37,076 nucleotides of DNA. Origin: Thiohalomonadaceae bacterium (lineage in GTDB: Bacteria > Pseudomonadota > Gammaproteobacteria > Thiohalomonadales > Thiohalomonadaceae). The notes below the pieces were generated by a model. The model saw nothing but the letters and a program-made list of their open reading frames with translations, did no database searches and was not told the origin of the DNA. Of the stretch, positions 36,108 to 37,076 are shown piece by piece; position 1 is the first letter of the stretch; every line of letters starts with the position of its first letter. Where the stretch lies: the NCBI GenBank assembly GCA_041555695.1, contig JBFFJV010000001.1, forward strand, positions 1 to 37,076, given 5' to 3'. The position numbers and the translations under genes were made by a program.

Positions 36108-36737
36108 TTACTGAAAAACTTCATCATACATATCTTCCCCGGTTCGCGTCGTGGCAAAGCTCGGTAGTGTGATACTGCCACCAATGCCATTGCCATCAGG
36201 CGAGTAGATGCCAAAGATGGAGGTAAACATCATTGGGTGGGGGATATTTTGTGCCTCGACAGTAACGATAGGCACGGTACGGGAGAGCCCTGGATCGCCG
36301 GTATCCGAGCAGGAATAGGTAATCCGCACACTGCCACCACCCGAGAGAACAGAGTTCTCACTACTTCTCAGCATCATTTGGTCCATTAATTCAACCATCT
36401 TGCACTCTGGCGTGGTGGCGGGGTTTTCGCAGCTATCCACCTGCACACTCACAGGAACGCTACAGTCGCCAAGCATAAATGGAGCAACGCAACGACTTGA
36501 GGCATTGGGTAACAGCGTGCCGTTCTCATCTCTTCGCCCAAATATATTGCATGGAGGGCTATTGGTGATGGCGTAGCGGGTGGCCGCACGGGTGGCCTCA
36601 TTCAGGCGTGAAGCATCGAAGATAACCAGCGCGAACTCAATGATGGCGAGGATAAAGATCAGGAACACGATAAACGTTATTGTGAACTCTACCAGAGCGG
36701 CTCCTTGCTGTGACTGCCTTGCAGTGTAGCTCTGCAT
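36108..36737 (-). CDS. TadE-like pseudopilin / Tad pilus assembly protein
   Basis: The N-terminus QQGAALVEFTITFIVFLIFILAIIEF fits the TadE-like domain pattern (G-A-x-x-V-E-F plus a hydrophobic helix). I chose the ATG at 36737, which lies 1 nt after the stop of the upstream minus-strand ORF. Confidence 0.7.
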   Translation of the reverse strand: MQSYTARQSQQGAALVEFTITFIVFLIFILAIIEFALVIFDASRLNEATRAATRYAITNSPPCNIFGRRDENGTLLPNASSRCVAPFMLGDCSVPVSVQVDSCENPATTPECKMVELMDQMMLRSSENSVLSGGGSVRITYSCSDTGDPGLSRTVPIVTVEAQNIPHPMMFTSIFGIYSPDGNGIGGSITLPSFATTRTGEDMYDEVFQ

Positions 36738-36738
36738 A

Positions 36739-37076
36739 TTAATAGCCAATGTAACGCTCCTCAGTTTCAGCCATAATATTGAATGTAGGAACGGAGTCCG
36801 TGTAAAGGGATGGCACGGCGATATCACCAAACAGGCCGACAAATGGCACTTCAGCGTCAACCATAATGACGCACACCGGCACATCCTCCTCAGCGGTTTT
36901 ATCGAGTAGACGCATCTCAGGTTTAATGTTTATTATGGCTTCGGGCTGATCTAAATTTGGAACCCGAGGGGTACCTGTTCCCTCTGCGTTGCCAAAGGTG
37001 ATGATATTTATCGCCGTGTCAATGTTATCTTCCCATGTCCCCTGTCTATCACAGCAATTTCCGGCTGTGGCGCAGC
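36739..37076 (-). CDS. C-terminal part of another Tad-operon protein (TadE/TadF/TadG-like; 5' end outside the window)
   Basis: My own translation of the minus strand gives an open frame from the window edge to TAA at 36741-36739 (...ITFGNAEGTGTPRVPNLDQPEAIINIKPEMRLLDKTAEEDVPVCVIMVDAEVPFVGLFGDIAVPSLY...). It is tightly coupled to the TadE-like gene. The family assignment rests on context only. Confidence 0.4.
   Translation of the reverse strand, partial: CATAGNCCDRQGTWEDNIDTAINIITFGNAEGTGTPRVPNLDQPEAIINIKPEMRLLDKTAEEDVPVCVIMVDAEVPFVGLFGDIAVPSLYTDSVPTFNIMAETEERYIGY

Noticed and set aside
1-37076. Search for CRISPR arrays, IS elements or transposases, integrases next to the tRNAs, prophage or toxin-antitoxin pairs
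   Set aside because: I saw no regularly spaced direct repeats, no transposase or integrase-like ORF, and no terminal inverted repeats. The tRNA pair is followed by a clean terminator and ppiD rather than an island.

Overview
This is a chromosomal window from a gammaproteobacterium. I see no transposase, integrase, CRISPR array or rRNA. (1) 1-10553, + strand: the 3' part of a chemosensory operon, comprising a truncated very long MCP, cheW, cheY, a 1.1-kaa CheA with an internal tandem duplication giving two Hpt domains, a CheB-like protein whose esterase triad looks degenerate, and a zinc-ribbon/ParA-MinD fusion. It runs with a 3-nt gap into a NitT/TauT-type ABC importer (permease, ATPase, membrane-anchored binding protein). 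(2) 10859-19551: the classic proteostasis block tig-clpP-clpX-lon-hupB, then tRNA-Val(TAC), tRNA-Asp(GTC) and ppiD. (3) 19582-31298: an unbroken same-strand run. It holds a DAACS symporter, a small secreted orphan, yejABEF-like peptide ABC importer genes, a thioredoxin-like membrane protein, a GT2 glycosyltransferase, a CDF transporter, a DHH/DHHA1 phosphoesterase, a Mut7-C (PIN-like) RNase-domain protein and a GDP-hexose-phosphorylase-like HIT enzyme. (4) 31329-37076: the enterobacterial-type mltD-gloB / yafS-like-rnhA-dnaQ locus, with an Flp pilin gene wedged between rnhA and dnaQ and the tail of a convergent Tad pilus operon at the right edge. The best candidates for something new are the non-canonical chemosensory module and the tightly coupled DHH / Mut7-C / HIT-like trio. 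Both calls rest on motif reading by eye and need HMM and structure checks.
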